Origin: Podarcis liolepis
Lineage: Eukaryota
NCBI GenBank assembly: GCA_965112155.1
Contig: OZ218104.1
Strand: one strand, 5' to 3'
DNA length: 64,000 nucleotides
Made by a program: the position numbers and the translations under genes. Of the stretch, positions 62,700 through 64,000 are shown piece by piece (the first letter of the stretch is position 1; every line of letters begins with the position of its first letter). A model generated the notes under the pieces. The model was not told the DNA's origin. It ran no database searches and saw only the letters and a list, made by a program, of their open reading frames with translations.

Positions 62700-63250
62700 G
62701 AAAGCTCCATACAATTGCTACTCATCATTGCTTAGCAGTGGTAATTCTCTGGTTTTAAGTGAATTGACCTTACCGCTTTCATCTTCAGGTAATATGGCCT
62801 CGCTTATAATTCAGACCAGGAGCTTATGGAGATTTCCTAAGGGGCCCTGAGCTTTGCTTTTACAATGCCAGTTAAAGCATTCGTGCTGATGACAGTTAAA
62901 TTGTCGAGGGCTCTGTTCTTCATTTACATCACAGACATCGAGGTCCTCCGACGACCTCCCCCAAATGGAAGCCAGATGTCATCCCCGCGTATCGATGGTC
63001 CGCTTTGCTTCGTTCCAAACACTTCTCTTGACTCTCAACTCAAACCTTCTGTCTCCCTTGTCACGCTCTGGTGTTTAATGATGTTTTATTGCATTAGTTC
63101 ACAAAACCCTTGAGTTTTCCAGTTGTCCTAAGGTAATGGACTGGATCTGTACCCATTTGCTAATACAAGGTCTTTTTTAGTAGGTAGCAGATCTATTAAA
63201 CATAAATCAAAGTTTCCGATAAAATATGAGATTTCCACTGAGCCTCACAT
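62700..63250. promoter_or_regulatory. Candidate conserved non-coding element with a CpG-retaining core
   Basis: Repeat-free with a local CpG cluster at 62880-63070. Motifs include TGACAG, TTTAATGA and CATAAATCA (Pbx-Hox-like). Confidence 0.5.
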
Positions 63251-64000
63251 AAAGGGGGGGGGGGGACGGAACGGAGGTAGGCTTGTTGAAAAAATATATA
63301 TACTGGTTATTGTATCTTGAATAAGCTAGACTTTAAAGCCTACCTTGGGATTTACAGCATCCCTTGCCTAGACATTACATACAAATCCACCATGATGATT
63401 TGGCATCATGTTCTTTTTCCTTTCGCTCATAAAACCAGAGTGAACTTGCATTAGGCAGTGGGGAGCTGCTCATTTCGTTGGATGGTAGAGTATTTTCAAA
63501 CCCCTACAAGAGGAACACTTAAAAACAAAACAAAAAACCGAATAACCTAAGGTCATGGTGAATAAAAATAACCCTAACATTTTCAAATGATTTATTAATT
63601 AAAATCTTCTAAGCTCACCTTGCTATCAAAGTACAGTTTCAAGGTAGCTAATGATACCATTGATCATAAGCAGAGAAACAACTTAAATATTATAATAGAG
63701 CCAGGGTGGTGTTGAAGTCAGAGTGCTGAACCTAGGGGACCATGCTTCAAGTCCTAGTCAGTCATGACCAACAAGCCTACCTCCCCCCATTCAAGAGGAG
63801 CCTCTTATTTCCATCACAGAAACAGTCCTGTTAAACAACAATAATAGATGTCATCCTACGCATAGCATTAAGGTCCAAACACTTCCAAACAAGGCAGTGA
63901 ATATATGCCGTACTAGTGGGGTCAGATTTTTCTTTTCTTTAATAGAACATAAGCATTTTCTCGCAATGTGGTCTGTGTTTTGTTTTCGCAGATGCTTGTA

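Overview
Vertebrate genomic DNA, most likely a squamate and probably a lacertid lizard. This is inferred from intact Sauria SINEs, BovB, Squam3-type tRNA SINEs and lizard-type L2/CR1/L1 repeats. The only protein-coding gene I can support is the Iroquois homeobox gene IRX6 on the minus strand. Five coding exons map with GT-AG boundaries and consistent phases (27075-27031, 25232-24975, 23301-23186, 19516-19209, 17880-17254). A candidate tiny terminal exon plus 3'UTR lies at about 11579-10985 and would give about 452 aa. The CpG-rich promoter lies at about 26.2-28.2 kb. The rest (28-64 kb) is the upstream gene desert of the IrxB cluster, where repeat-free, homeodomain-site-rich blocks (candidate conserved enhancers) alternate with transposon clusters. 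The most unusual sequence is a nested stack at 48.4-51.1 kb. It holds a TSD-flanked Penelope-derived perfect 91-bp inverted repeat encoding minimal hammerhead ribozymes on both strands, and a 1.4-kb hAT element that seems to carry captured GC-rich host DNA. Both sit inside one SINE. There is one 330-N assembly gap. Repeat family names come from recall of consensus features, not from a database search.
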